Of a DNA stretch of 64,000 nt, positions 51,240 through 64,000 are shown one piece after another. How positions within the stretch are numbered: the stretch's first letter is position 1; every line of letters begins with the position of its first letter. The notes under the pieces were generated by a model. It searched no databases, was not told the origin of the DNA, and saw nothing but the letters and a program-made list of their open reading frames with translations. The DNA is from Rhizophagus irregularis. Its lineage: Eukaryota. A program made the position numbers and the translations under genes. The DNA lies in the NCBI RefSeq assembly GCF_026210795.1, contig NC_089432.1, forward strand, positions 4,650,001-4,714,000, given 5' to 3'.

Positions 51240-52689
51240 ATCTAAAGTTGGTCCATCAGTTTTAAAATAGATTTCAATTTCAGTTACAACAATTTACCTG
51301 AGTTTTCATTCAGAATATAGCATACAACTGCAGTGGCGAATAGACGATCAATTTCCAGTTGTTTGTGTGAAAAATTTCATCCATATATGTGTCTAGCATT
51401 ATTATACCCAAGTTTTCAAAACACCATTTTGTATTATCCAATTCCTTCCAAGCAGTAATGGCTCCTTAACTTGCATCAGAATCAATATATTCAAGTGAAT
51501 AACCAAACACTTCGATCACTTTTTGTTTAATTTTAGAAACAATACCACCATGCAATGAAGTTAGCTTAGTGATTACCTATTAATAAAAATCAAAAGTAAA
51601 GTATAATAATTGTAACATATATATTAGGAAATTAATTTGTGAATTGATAACTTACTTCCGAAAGAATACCATTCTCAATTAATAAATCCCATGCATTAGA
51701 TGCCATTATTAGTTTGATTTTTTCTGATTGAAATTTTGTTAATATTCGCAAAGAAGCTTCTTTAGCTTGTTCTTTTGTTGGATATTTATAATTTAACATA
51801 CAATAAGTCTTCAGATATATATGAAATATAAACCTATTAAATAAAATATTTATTAGTAAGACTGTAAGAGAACGTAATATGCATCACGAAAATCATTTAC
51901 CATTACTTACATCAATCCAACCATGCTCCTTTTTGTTTGACAATACTGTTTTTAAATTCTTATCACTTGATCCAATAGCATCTTTAATTTCACTTAATTC
52001 TTTTTGAAGTATTTTCTAATCCCATTACTTTGGTCGATAAAAATTTAAGATCTTTAGTTTTGCATTACAACTTCAAGGAGTTTTGTCAACATACGAGAAT
52101 CTGATGCTAAAAAGAATTAATTTTCTGGTTTAGTACATATAAATATAAAAAAAATTAAGTGGATATTATAAAATAAATACTTGTATTTGCATGTAATAAA
52201 GTTGATTCATTTTCATTTGCAGAACCTTGAGAAGATACAGTGGAATCATCAGTTTGATTACCATTATCATCATCAGAATATAATGTATTAGAGTTGATTT
52301 TAATAGTGTTTTTTAAATTAGATTGAGTTGATGAAAAAAAGTGACTTATGGATAGAAACTGATGTTGGAAGGGAAATTAATATATTTTTTTGTAAAATTG
52401 GAGCAGTAAGTGACAAATGAAAAGGTCCAGTATCATTTTGCTCTAATGAAGGTAGTTGTGATAATGTTGATTTATTTTCTTTTTGGTTTTTCTCATCATC
52501 ATCATTATCTGAATTTGATATTATTGATCTTTTATGTTTACCATCCGAAGTTCCACCATTTATAGTTTCATTCTATACTGTATCAAGACTCTTTTCGATT
52601 CGACCACGACCTCTAATTTGAATTTTACTACAATTTTGACTTTGACTTCGGCCTCTACCTCTACCTCGACCACGATTTCGTCCAGCCAT
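51240..52689 (-). pseudogene. Degenerate multi-exon gene with an RG-rich N-terminus (possible transposon accessory gene)
   Basis: MAGRNRGRGRGRGRSQ...DTV*; later GT-AG-bounded segments YKYPTKEQAKEASLRIL... and VITKLTSLHGGIVSKIKQKVIEVFG...*; several stops. Confidence 0.55.
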
Positions 52690-52789
52690 ATAAAATTTTT
52701 ATTAAATATGATACACAATATTTAAATATTAGAAGTAAATAAAAGATTATATTAAAGAAGATTAATACACAAGCAAGAAGCTTTATTGT

Positions 52790-53542
52790 TAAAAAATTTA
52801 TAGGAATTTGATAATGGAAGTTAAAAAGTCTATAGAAAGTTTAAATTAAGCTTCGAAGATTATATTAATCAGTCGCACAGAATGTCATCCATACTACAAT
52901 CTTTTATCATATAAAAGGATTTAAATTTTTCTGAACTGAAATTAATTCTGCTAATCTAATTGGGAATATGACATTAAATCATTATTCCAATTAGTAATAT
53001 ATTATTACATATTCGTGATAGTTTATAAAAAAATTTGTTGGAAATATCTGAACTACAATGTTAATTCTGTGAGATTTTTTAAGCAAACTTTTTCTTTGTG
53101 ATAACGTAACAAATTGAAATTTATATTTAAATTTTTTAAATAACTTAAACTTTTTAAGGAAGGAATATTATTCATAAACATTTTTAATATTTCTTTTACC
53201 ACCTAAGTATATTTAGTAAGTTTACGATATGAAATAGTTTTGTTGATTTCTAAGAAGCATCTCAATTTTGTAATGAAATTGATTAATTGATAGAATTTTA
53301 CAAAATGTTGAATAATTGAAAGTTAGAAATTTTGAATTTGATGTTAAAATATTAATTCCATTCTCATTTAGAATTTTTTTTTGATTCATTTGGAAGACAG
53401 GCAATTAAAGTATTAAAATTCGAAGTATCATAATTAGAAACATTTCTCCATAAAATTCTCACTGAAACTTGACACATGAACGAAAGTAACTTTATCATCA
53501 TCATCTATATATTTAAAAATCTCGTTTAAACAATCAGACATT
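52790..53542 (-). pseudogene. F-box-like/LRR-type gene remnant of the expanded AMF family
   Basis: SDCLNEIFKYIDDDDKVT..CQVSVRILWRNV..TLIACLPNESKKIL.ENGI..FNYSTFCKILSINQ across frameshifts. Confidence 0.7.
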
Positions 53543-53605
53543 TTTGAAACAAAATAAGTTCACCTGTGTTACGTACATTAACTCCTGAAATATACATTAT
53601 ATTAT

Positions 53606-55660
53606 GGCAAGCGGTAGTGGTCAAAAGTGCGTAGCAAAACATAGCGTGTACACGCTACAAAACATAGCGTATACACGTTATATTTCACGGTGGGTTACCC
53701 CTGTTCTGTTGGGTTAACCTGTCAATTTCAGGGGTAACCCGCCATAAAAAGCAACGTGTATACGCTACATAATTTAACGCGTATGCGCTTTATATTATAA
53801 TGGTTTATTAATTTATTTTGGACCAAATTTTAAATTATTAAGGGATCGAATACCTGCCGTTTCAAATATCAGGTACCCACCGTTCTACATATCAGGTACC
53901 CGCCACTTCACATATCAGGTACCTGCTGCTTCACATATCGGGTACCCGCCATTTTACATATCGGGTACCTGCCATTTAATTTTTTTTAAAAAAAAATTTT
54001 TTTTTTTATTGGCTTTTTTTTATAAACAAATTTTGTAGAGAATTTTTATTTTTAATATAGGCAAAGGCTTTGTTTGATAGAATTTCATTGGGAATTTTTT
54101 TAATAAGAAGATTTTTTTTGATAAAAAATTTCGTTAGAAAATTTTTTTCATTGATAGGGACATTTCTGAGTTTTTTTTTTTTTTGATGGATAATTTCGTT
54201 AAAAACTTTTATTTGATAGAAATTTCATTGGAGAATTTTTTTTAATAAGATTTTTTTTTTTTTACGTATACTTAATTTGTTGGAGCAATTTTTTTTAACA
54301 GGAGAGATTTTTTTGATAGAGAATTATTTGAGATTTTTTTTTTTGTAGAAAATTATTTGAAGAATTTTTTTAATAGAGAAGATTTTTTTTTGATAGAGAA
54401 TTTCGTTACGAATTTTTTTTTAATTGAGGGAGTTTTCCTTGATAAAGAATTTCTTTTGAGAATTTTTTTTAATAGGTGGTAAGAATCTTTTTAATCGGGG
54501 ATATTTTTTTTGATTGAGAATTTCATTAGAGAATTGTTTGTTGAAAATTTTTTTTATTTTTTTGATGGAGAATTTTGTTTAGAAATCTAAATAGAAAATT
54601 TTATTGATAATAGTTTTTTTTTAATAAGTGTATCGAGAATTTTGGCTTGAAATTTTTTTTTAATTTTTTTTATAAAAATTGATTGAAAATTTATTGGAAA
54701 ATTTTTTATTAAATTTACAAATTTAATAAATTTTTACTTCTCTTCATCTTCCCGTCACTTCTTTTCATCTCCCATCGCTCCTTTTCATCTTCCATCACTC
54801 CTCTTCGTCTACCATTACTCCTTTTCATTCTTTTCGTCTCCTATCACTTCTTTTCATTCCTCTTCATCTTCTTTTTGTCTCCCATAACTCCTTTTTATTT
54901 CTTATCACTCCTCTTTGTCTCCCATCACTTCTTTTCGTCTCCCATCACTCCTTTTCATCTCTCATTATGTCCTATTTCTCCTTTTTGTTTCCTATCACTT
55001 CTCATTACTCTTTTTTACTACCTTTCATCTTCTATTACTTTCCATTACTCCCACTGTTATTTCATTTTTTTATTAGCATCTTTCTCCTTGATCATTGTAA
55101 TTTACTTATCCTTTTTATTTATTGTTATTGTTTCTTTTATTTTTACACTTAAATAAAAATAAATATATGGTGATTTTTTTCTTTAAAATCGTAAATGGGT
55201 GACTTAAATTTTAATATTTGCAAATAAAATTTCATTAAATAAATAATTATCATTATTGATATCAAAAGTTAATATGCTGACTGCCAGTTCTTATAATGGG
55301 TACCTGCCGTTTCTTATAGCGGGTACCTGCCATTTCTTATAACGGGTACCCGCCGTTTCTTATAGCGGGTACCCGCCATTCCTTATAACAGGTACCCACC
55401 GTTTCTTATAGCGGGTACCCGCCGTTCCATATAACAGGTACCCACCGTTTCTTATAACGGGTACCCATCATAACATATAACGTATATAACGCTATGAAAT
55501 ATAGCGTATTAAACGCTATTTTTTGCAACAGGTTACCCCTGAAATTGCATGTTAACAGACAAAACAGGTAACCCACCGTGAAATATAACGTATACACGCT
55601 ACAAAACATAGCGTATACACGCTATGTTTTGCTACGCACTTTTGACCATGGCGGCTTTCC
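53606..55660. mobile_element. Non-autonomous long-TIR (MULE-like/foldback) element, ~2.05 kb
   Basis: ~180-bp TIRs (TGGTCAAAAGTGCGTAGCAAAACATAGCG... / ...CGCTATGTTTTGCTACGCACTTTTGACCA); ATATTAT on both flanks; 22-23 bp GGTACC subterminal arrays at ~53845-53975 and ~55295-55470; low-complexity core. Confidence 0.88.
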
Positions 55661-55993
55661 ATATTATATATATACTAGGGAAGTGCTATGTTGCACAAAT
55701 TATGATTGCATTTTGTACCTTTTCGTAGAAATATATCGATCTACAGATCTTTCCTTTTTGGATAATTCCAGCTGGAATTATGTATAAACTCTGGATCGGA
55801 ATCACGTGATACAAATTAAACTCAACATCGACGTGATAATTATGAGTCATCTAATAATTTGTTGATTTATAGTACTAATCGACTGATCGACTGATCGTGC
55901 ATCATAAACTTTTATACTTCCCCTCTCAACTCGTACGTTTATTGTCTAAAGAAGTATTATAGGTATTCTTAGGTAGTCTTTCGGGTACTTTTG

Positions 55994-56293
55994 TTGGAGC
56001 AGCATGATGCTATGCATGGGTGGGAGCATAGCATGCTTACTTTGTAAGCCTGTGAGTACCAGCTTTTGTTGCAGTCTCGCAGTAGGGCTGGCTGGGAATT
56101 TTTTTGGAGCGGTATAATACTATGCGAAGGGTTGGAGCATAGATGCTTGCTTTTAGTAAGCTCGTGGGTACCAGCTTTCGCTGCAGTCCCACGATAGGAC
56201 CGGTTGGTTGTGGTACGGCATGGTGCTATGCGTAATTTTCACGGGAGGAGCATAGTGCACTTCTTAGGAAGTCCCTTTGTGGTAGGGCCGTAG
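55994..56293 (+). ncRNA. Candidate structured RNA: ~110-nt multi-branch unit in 2 full and 1 shortened tandem copy
   Basis: Four helices per unit with compensatory substitutions between copies; see findings. No known family recognised. Confidence 0.45.
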
Positions 56294-57155
56294 TACTTTA
56301 ATAATGATATCAATAAAAATTTCTGATTTTTTATAAACAATTATCTTTTTATTAGAAATTTTTTTATTAATAATTATTTTATTTTATTTTTTTTTTTGAT
56401 ATCCTTTATAAATAAGGAAGGATACATTTTTTCCGTTTGTTTGAGAAACATTTCTTTTACTAACAATGTATACTATTAACATAATTAAAAGTGAAGCGTA
56501 TAAATGAAATAAATAAATGATTTAATTTATATATTTAAGTGAGCTAATAGTAAGTAAATTTTTTAAAAGATATTATAATTAAATTTTTAAATTGTGTACG
56601 TCAAAATTTAAGTAATCTGGAGCTTTAAATATTATTTAATGAATTCATTCTTTTATAGACATTACAAATAATTTCTCTGGGCTCTGTAATTCTGTATACA
56701 TTATTTTATACTGTACATACAGTATATTATCGATTTAATTGTCCATTAATAATTAATAATGTTTATTATAAATATATATATATATTTTTAGCTATGATAC
56801 ATGATGCGTCATGAATAAATATTTGAAAAAACAAAGGAATATGCTGTGGTAGAATATTTCGTCATTTAATTTTTAATTTCATTTTAAAAAGGAAATTATT
56901 TCATTATTTCAAAAAGTGAAAAAATTTAAAATCCCATTTACGATCTAATATTCTAACATTACTAAATTAATACTATATTCATCTTCCAATCGTTGGTTCA
57001 GTAGATTTAGACTCCGGTAATATGGGACTAAGTTATCTTTCTTCGTTAAACAGTTTCTTTGATTTGTATATACAGTATAATTAGTTATAGTGGATATAAT
57101 AATTTATTTTATTGTTCGTCAAGCTTTCGTTCTACTTAGTTTACATTTACTATTT

Positions 57156-57399
57156 GGCCGGGCAAAAAAAATTTTTAGATTCTCGTGACATACTGTAAAA
57201 TTTTAAAAATGACCCAGCCGGCCGGCATTTTTTTTTTATATTTGTAAAATTTTTTTATATGTAAAATTTTTTTACGCCACATTAGCCAATAACTTAAAAT
57301 CACGTGATGAAAATTTTTTATTATAAAAAAAAAATTCCCATTTTTCGAAAAACTGACCCGGCCGGGTCACGAGAATCTAGATTTTTTTTTTGCCCGGCC
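57156..57399. mobile_element. MITE with GGCCGGGC termini
   Basis: GGCCGGGCAAAAAAAA..TAGATTCTCGTGAC / GTCACGAGAATCTAGATTTTTTTTTTGCCCGGCC. Confidence 0.85.
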
Positions 57400-59224
57400 T
57401 TACTAGATATTAATTTCTAAATACTATATTCTTTTAAAACTTGACGCTTCGGAAAAAAAGATTTCAATTTATGATAAACATAAGAATAATATTCAATAAA
57501 CTTATATTAAGTTACATAGAAATGAAAGAAGTTAGTATTGTATATATATCGTATATCGTATTAAACTTAATTTGTCGTTGCGGTTTTTGAGTTTTACAAG
57601 CGAATAAAAAAAAATTATTTTTCATTTTTCGTTACGATTTTTTTTTCTCTTTTTTTTTTAAAAAAAAAATAAAATAATTCTCTAAAACATTAAACATCTA
57701 GCTATTTCAAAAGTTTACACTTGAATCGTCCCGTTAATGTTTCGCTTTTTCTCTTTAAATTTATACTTTTTTATAGTTAATTTGATAATATTCCATCAAG
57801 TTACACATAATATTTATTTTCACGTTATTTGCTAGAAATATTATCTAAAGATTGACCGATTTTAGTATCTTAAAGTTTTTAGTTCTTTCGGAAAAGTACG
57901 GGATTGCCGGATTGGTCTAAAAGGGTATTTCTCAGTGGCGATTTTTTATCCTCGGAAATGTGTGTATAATCCTAAAGAATTTGTCAAAATACATGATTAT
58001 GTTTAACATTGCACTTAATAATTAGTAAATAAACATAAGTATTTGAAAAGTAATGATCTTTTATTGAATAATGTTACTTACCTATTCCTCTAAGACTTAT
58101 AAAAAAAATAAATTAGAACTGATACTAAACATATATTTATTTTTTTGATTCAAGTTATCTGACGCACCAATATTAATCAAAATCTTGGACAAGTGTCTCA
58201 TAAGAAAAATTCGCCATATAATTTTAGCAGGTCACAAATCCAAAATCACTTATATACTAGGAATTATGATATTGTGAATATAAAATATTTTCTTGTGTAA
58301 AAACTCGATGAATTTGCATTACTATCATGAATTCTATAAAGTGACTCAATTATGTCATAAGCTATAGTTTTATGCTTGATATGAGTTAATAGAAATGTAA
58401 TTTTGTAAATAAATTTAAAACATGCACCTATCAAACCAACTAAATTTCTATTAGTATTCTCAAAATTCTCCAACTTTTGAGCATTATATTCGTTTGCGTG
58501 AAGTATTTGACATTTTTTGCATCAATTTTGAAAAATACTCTATAGAATACAATATTTAAAATATGATGTATTTATCTTCATGAAACCTGTAGTCCGTTAC
58601 ATTGTCCTATTTAAAAACATTTATTAATATTTTTATCGTAGAAATGGATTTGTTAAGTGAATACAAGAGCTATTTACTACTTGACCATAATTTTCATACT
58701 TTATTTTTTACGCCTCATCCAAAGATTGGTAAGATTAATGCAAAGGTAATATGGAAGATATGGTCTCAAACTCTCAATTCAAAAAATATATCTCTTAATA
58801 TATAATTGAATAAATATAATTTACTAAGATAAAAGATAAATAATTTTTCCTTTTGTTTTAAAATTTACTTAATTTAAAATTGCATAATAAACTTTTCAAG
58901 ATTATTATTGATTTACGTATATACAATAAAATTTTCGATCCTTCAATGTTTGATGATCATCTTCATAATATTATATATCTTCTCCATACGGATAATAGTT
59001 TGAAATATCCAACATTTATTTCATTTACCATATTTACTAGACAAGGTTCATTTAACCAATCATAGTACAATATTATTATTTATCTTCCTAGCGTAAAGAC
59101 AAAAAAACTTACTGTATGTGCAAACTATAATCTGTATCCATGCCACCTTGATTTTCGTTAATTAAAAATATATTAATTAAAATTTTTATTCTAAACTAAT
59201 TTATTTTTGATATATAATTTGGCA

Positions 59225-59698
59225 TAGTGATTGTATCGGTAAGTATCCGGATAAAAAAATTCGTCACCGTTAAGGATTTTCATATCCGGATATCTGTTTT
59301 AAATAAACCGGATAACATCCGGATAGCATCCGGATAAATCCGTTAATTTCGCGGACAGCTAAAGGATTTTTTAATGGGTTTCTTAGCAGATATCTGAAAA
59401 TAATCCATCAATATCATGTATCAATTGTATAAATTTTAAAGCCAAGTAATTTAATTAGTATTATTGTTTAGTAAGAGTCAAATAAAATAAAAAAGAAATC
59501 ATTCACGAGTTAATAAAGGTTAAGTATAAGTAAGAATTAAGTCACAAACCAAAAAATTTAATTGGTAAACGGGTGAAACGGAGTGTATCCGGGTCACATG
59601 ATACTCATCCGGATACCCATCAACTAAAAAAAAATCTCCATTTTTTATCGGATATCCTTTAGCTTAACCGGATATGATGAATCTGGATACAATCACTA
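59225..59698. mobile_element. hAT-type MITE ~320 bp upstream of the HKD kinase
   Basis: TIR TAGTGATTGTATC / GATACAATCACTA; 8-bp TSD ATTTGGCA; TCCGGATA subrepeats. Confidence 0.88.
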
Positions 59699-60019
59699 AT
59701 TTGGCAATGATTTTTCTATTATAGGTTTATTGCTATTTATTTTTTTGAAAAAAAAATTATATGATCTACATTACTGAAAATAATTTTACTTCGCATTTTT
59801 CATTTTAACCATTTCGGGTTAGATTTATTTTTTTGTGATGATCAGCTGCCTCTTACGAATTTTCTTTTCACAAAAATAGTAATTTTTGTATGCAATAGTA
59901 GTACAAATAGTAATACAAATTTTTTTCTTTGCACATAATAATTCTGAAATTTATTTTGAGTAACGTAGTTATTTATTTATATAACGAAAATTAAAATTAT
60001 AATCCACAGCTCAATTAAT

Positions 60020-61901
60020 ATGGATGAAACCCCAAAAAATTTATGGAATGCTTATTCGGGTAAATATCAGGTAATGGCAATTTAATATTTTTAATAATTA
60101 TAATTATTTTATTGAATTTTTGTAGTTAAAAATATTAATAATTTTTTGTCTATTAAAAGGAACATGTTACAATTCCTACTATTGATTCAACTATTGAATC
60201 AGAAAATGTAGATGAAAGTGTAGTTTATATAGGAGATTTAGAAAAAAGAAAAAAAGCGTATGGAATATGTGGAGAATGTAAAGAACCTGGCACAGGACAA
60301 AATTGGTGTCAATCTTGTAATGCTAAAAGATTTAAAGATAACTTTAAAAATTGGACTAGTGGAAATAAAGATATTGATGAATTTATACAGCAATCACAAC
60401 TTAATGCTGTATATTGTAAAAAATATCTTGAATGGATACCTTTTGAAAAATTTCAAAATATCACTTATATTGCGGAAGGTGGTTTTGGTAAGATTTATTC
60501 AGCTGAATGGCCTGAAGGATATATTTATTATTGGGATATTGAAAATCAAAGTTGGTATAGAGATAGAAAGGACAAATATGCATTAAAAAGTTTGAATAAT
60601 TCTTCTGATATATGTTCAGATTTTTTAAATGAGGTAATTTAAACTTACTTTGTCTTATATCTAAAGATTGTTATTTGCATTTATTTATTAATAAAATTTT
60701 TCCTTTTTGATGATAATTAGATTAAATCTCATCTTCAGATTTATCTTGGAGATATTGTTCAATGTTTTGGAATTACTCAAGATCTAAATAATAAAGAGTA
60801 TATGATGGTTATAGAATATTGTGAGGATGGAAACTTGAGAAATTATTTAAATAAATCTGAAAATTATATAAATTATGAATCAAAAATTGATCAATTACAA
60901 CAAATTGCAAGAGGACTTTTAGATATTCATAATGCTGAAAAAGTTCACAAAGATTTTCATTCAGGAAATATATTATTTTCAATTGATCCATTCATAAGTG
61001 ATTTAGGAATGTGTCAACCAGCAAATATAAAGCAAACAGTTAAAGAAGAAGGAATTTATGGAGTATTACCATATATGGCACCAGAAGTTTTACGTGGACA
61101 ACAATATACAAAAGCAGCCGATATTTACTCATTTGGAATAATAATGAACGAATTTCTTTCTGAAGAAATTCCTTTTAATGATATTCCTCATAATGAATTT
61201 TTAGCTATTAAAATATGTAAAGGACTTAGACCAACAATTTATAAAGACATACCAAAGTTACTTGCAGATTTGATAATAAAATGTTGGGATGCTGAAATAA
61301 AAAATAGACCAACCACTAAAGAGTTGTATCAAACATTAAATGAATGGAGTGATGAAATTGAAGATATTAAATATAGGGCCAAAAATAAATATAGTGAAAT
61401 TTATCTTCAAACAAATGAATGTGATAAAACTAGAAAAGAAAAATTCAAGAACAGGTCAAATGAAGATAAATCCAAAAGCTTCAAAACGCATCCACAAGCT
61501 ATTTATACTAGTAGACTTTTAAATTTCAAAAATCTTCCAAAACCAGTAAATTCTTCAGATTTATCATCTTTTCAATTCAGTTCAGGTAATTAAATTTTAT
61601 TTTATTTTATCATATAATCCATTTTACATTATTAATGTATTTTTATTTTTTAATAGACACTAGTTATACTGCTCAATCAACATCAGCAAATCTAAGTAAG
61701 TATTCCATTTATTATTATAATTATTTTATTTAAATTTATTAACGTTTAAATACTATAAACAGTTTCAGAATGCTTAGATGTTCAATTAAGTGAATTAGGT
61801 AAGTTATATTATTTGTAAATTTATTGATATTCTATATCTAATTTATTTTTTTTATAGAGCTAAATGAAATTTGTCAAGATGGTGAAGATAATATTGAATA
61901 A
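60020..61901 (+). CDS. Non-RD (HKD) TKL-like kinase with an N-terminal CxxC-x9-CxxC motif
   Basis: Exons 60020-60070, 60160-60633, 60721-61585, 61657-61695, 61763-61798, 61858-61901. YGICGECKEPGTGQNWCQSC, NWTSGN, EWIPF, AEGGFGKIY, YALK, HKDFHSGN, SDLG, MAPE. The first exon is least certain. Confidence 0.88.
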
Positions 61902-62779
61902 AGTTTCTTTTTATGTGTAAGTTGAAATTAAATAGGTTAAATATTAATTCGTGTATTGAAGTTAGTTTACTTCTATTTTTCTTTCATTTATACTTTATAA
62001 ATTTTTAGTACATATAGATTTATCGGATTTTATATTTAAGAATATTCTATATAAATAAAGATTTAAACATTAATCTGTAATACAGTAAGTGCAAATATTC
62101 CGCTCAATGTATCTTTATTCTCGATGATAATTGTTACAAATTCTTAGTGAAATTTCATTTGATTATCATTTTATGGGTAATAAATGGTTAATACTTAAGG
62201 TAGTTAGATCAAAATTCATTTTTTTTTTATTTATGTTTATATTTTATACAAAAATGGCTAAATGGAATACATGAAATACTACTTCTGTTTACGCCATAAT
62301 CTGCAAAAGAGGACAAATCAAATTTGAAAATTGGATTATATAAGCGGATCATCATCGGCTAAATTTTATAGTTCGGTAGTTCGGTAACAAATTTTCGTGT
62401 GAGAGCATCGTTTTAACATACTGTATCTTAAAATTTTATGATAGATAGGCTTTTTAATATAGATAGATGTACGATACCAACAAAAGTTCAAAAAATAAAT
62501 TAAATAGTTTATTATTTTAATTGTTAAAATTTTTCATAACTTAAAATCAAAATAATTCGTTAGAAAAGAAATAAATTCAATAACATGAATTTATTGTGTA
62601 AATTAATAATTCAGGTATATTTTTTTCGCTAAACCGGATGGTTATGTAATACCAAAATAGAATTTTTGGTCAGAAATGACATATCATTACAAGAAAAATT
62701 TTTTTATGGTTCGAACAAATAATTATTAAAAGAATAAAAACACCATCTTAATATAAAGATAAATTTATTTAATTAAATT

Positions 62780-63350
62780 CACTTAAAACTGAAATTTTTT
62801 TCCAATATTTTTTATTTTTTTTTCGGATTTTTTTTTTCACCATTTTTTTTTACTAATATAGTTTTTTTTTTAAAACTAATTTTTTTTAAATTTTTTTTTA
62901 GTTTTTTTTAAAAAACTGATTTTTTTTTAATTTTTTCGTTTTTTTCAGTTGATTTTTTCTAAAACCAAAAAAAAATTTTCGATTTGGTTTTTTTGTAAAC
63001 TGATTTTTTTTTTCCTTTTATAATATATTAATTTTTTTATTTAGACTTGAATCTAGATCAGAATGACGTTGCAGTATTACAGTAAGCGCCTTTTTTTAAT
63101 AATAATTTTTTTCTAATTATTATTTTGCATATTTTTTTTTCATTCTTTTTCAACTTTTAAGTTTGAATCAGTGATTGAATTGATGATGCGATGCTATATC
63201 AAGTGTCTTTTACTAATTTTTTTTAATAATAATATTTTTTTTTTCTAATTATTTTTTTACTAATTTTTCTTCCTATTTTTTTTTTTTTGTTCTTTTACCT
63301 TTTATGTTTGGATTAAAGTTAAGTGCTGTAATATAATCAAAATATATATA
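62780..63350 (-). repeat. Inverted, more AT-decayed copy of the 940-1610 repeat, with ~3 tandem core units
   Basis: Core units at ~63040-63095, ~63155-63210 and ~63295-63340, followed on the minus strand by an A-rich tract. Confidence 0.55.
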
Positions 63351-64000
63351 CATATATATTATTTAAATAAATTTAGTTAAAATAAATATATTTTTTTACT
63401 TAATAAAAAAGTCTTTAATTCCTATATATTAAGAAATAGTCCGCATTTATTTTGATATTCAGTTCACTAACAGTAACTAATAAGTCGATTTATTTATGAT
63501 AATATAAATTGACTATTTGCAGTACAATTTGTTTTGATTAATTCATTCCTTTAAACTTGTTATCATTAATCTCTGTTAAAGTATACTTCATTATAATATT
63601 CTATCGCGGGTAATAAACGTTGATTTTATATAAATGTAAATATTCGTTCGCCTATAATTAAACAAAAATCAAAAATAATTAATATTTACAATAAAATAGT
63701 ATTTAAACTGTATTAAACTAATTAAAAAATAATTTTATCATTAATTTTATTATTTTAAATAAATTACAAAATATTATTACCTCTTTCATTTAGATTCAAT
63801 AATACTATCTATATTGACAAATCTTATTATTTTTTTTCATTAATACAATGAAATACCTCGATCTCCTAAATCTATCCAATGATTCCGAATATATTAAATA
63901 TATTACGATATCCAAATTTGGAAATAAATTCAAAGTTTTTTACTTAGATAAAAAATAAAAAATAAAAATTTCAATTAAAAAAAAAAGTTATATTTGTAAG

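Noticed and set aside
55295..55470. Regular 23-bp repeats as a CRISPR array
   Set aside because: No unique spacers, no cas genes, eukaryotic context; subterminal TE array.
58150..59100. Possible minus-strand gene relic
   Set aside because: I could not build a consistent spliced frame or recognise a domain.

Overview
Very AT-rich, intron-containing eukaryotic DNA. Its gene families (tyrosine-kinase-like kinase-Sel1, BTB-BACK-TLDc, CxxC-kinase, F-box-like) are typical of arbuscular mycorrhizal fungi (Glomeromycotina, Rhizophagus-like); the taxon is inferred. The core (7.9-47.5 kb) is a cluster of seven paralogues from one kinase-Sel1 ancestor, which I spliced by hand: two intact kinase-Sel1 genes (HRD and HCD), one with a nonsense codon in the activation loop and one Sel1 repeat missing, one kinase whose Sel1 array is replaced by an unrelated multi-exon helical domain, and three single-exon Sel1 genes that lost the whole kinase in frame. 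All seven share an upstream motif block. The rest holds a BTB-BACK-TLDc gene, an HKD kinase, a D/E-repeat gene, several pseudogenes and many DNA transposons (a precisely delimited non-autonomous Helitron, MULE-like elements, hAT and CMC-like MITEs). A GC-rich tandem repeat at about 56.0-56.3 kb shows compensatory base changes consistent with an unannotated multi-branch RNA. All alignments were done by eye; no searches were run.
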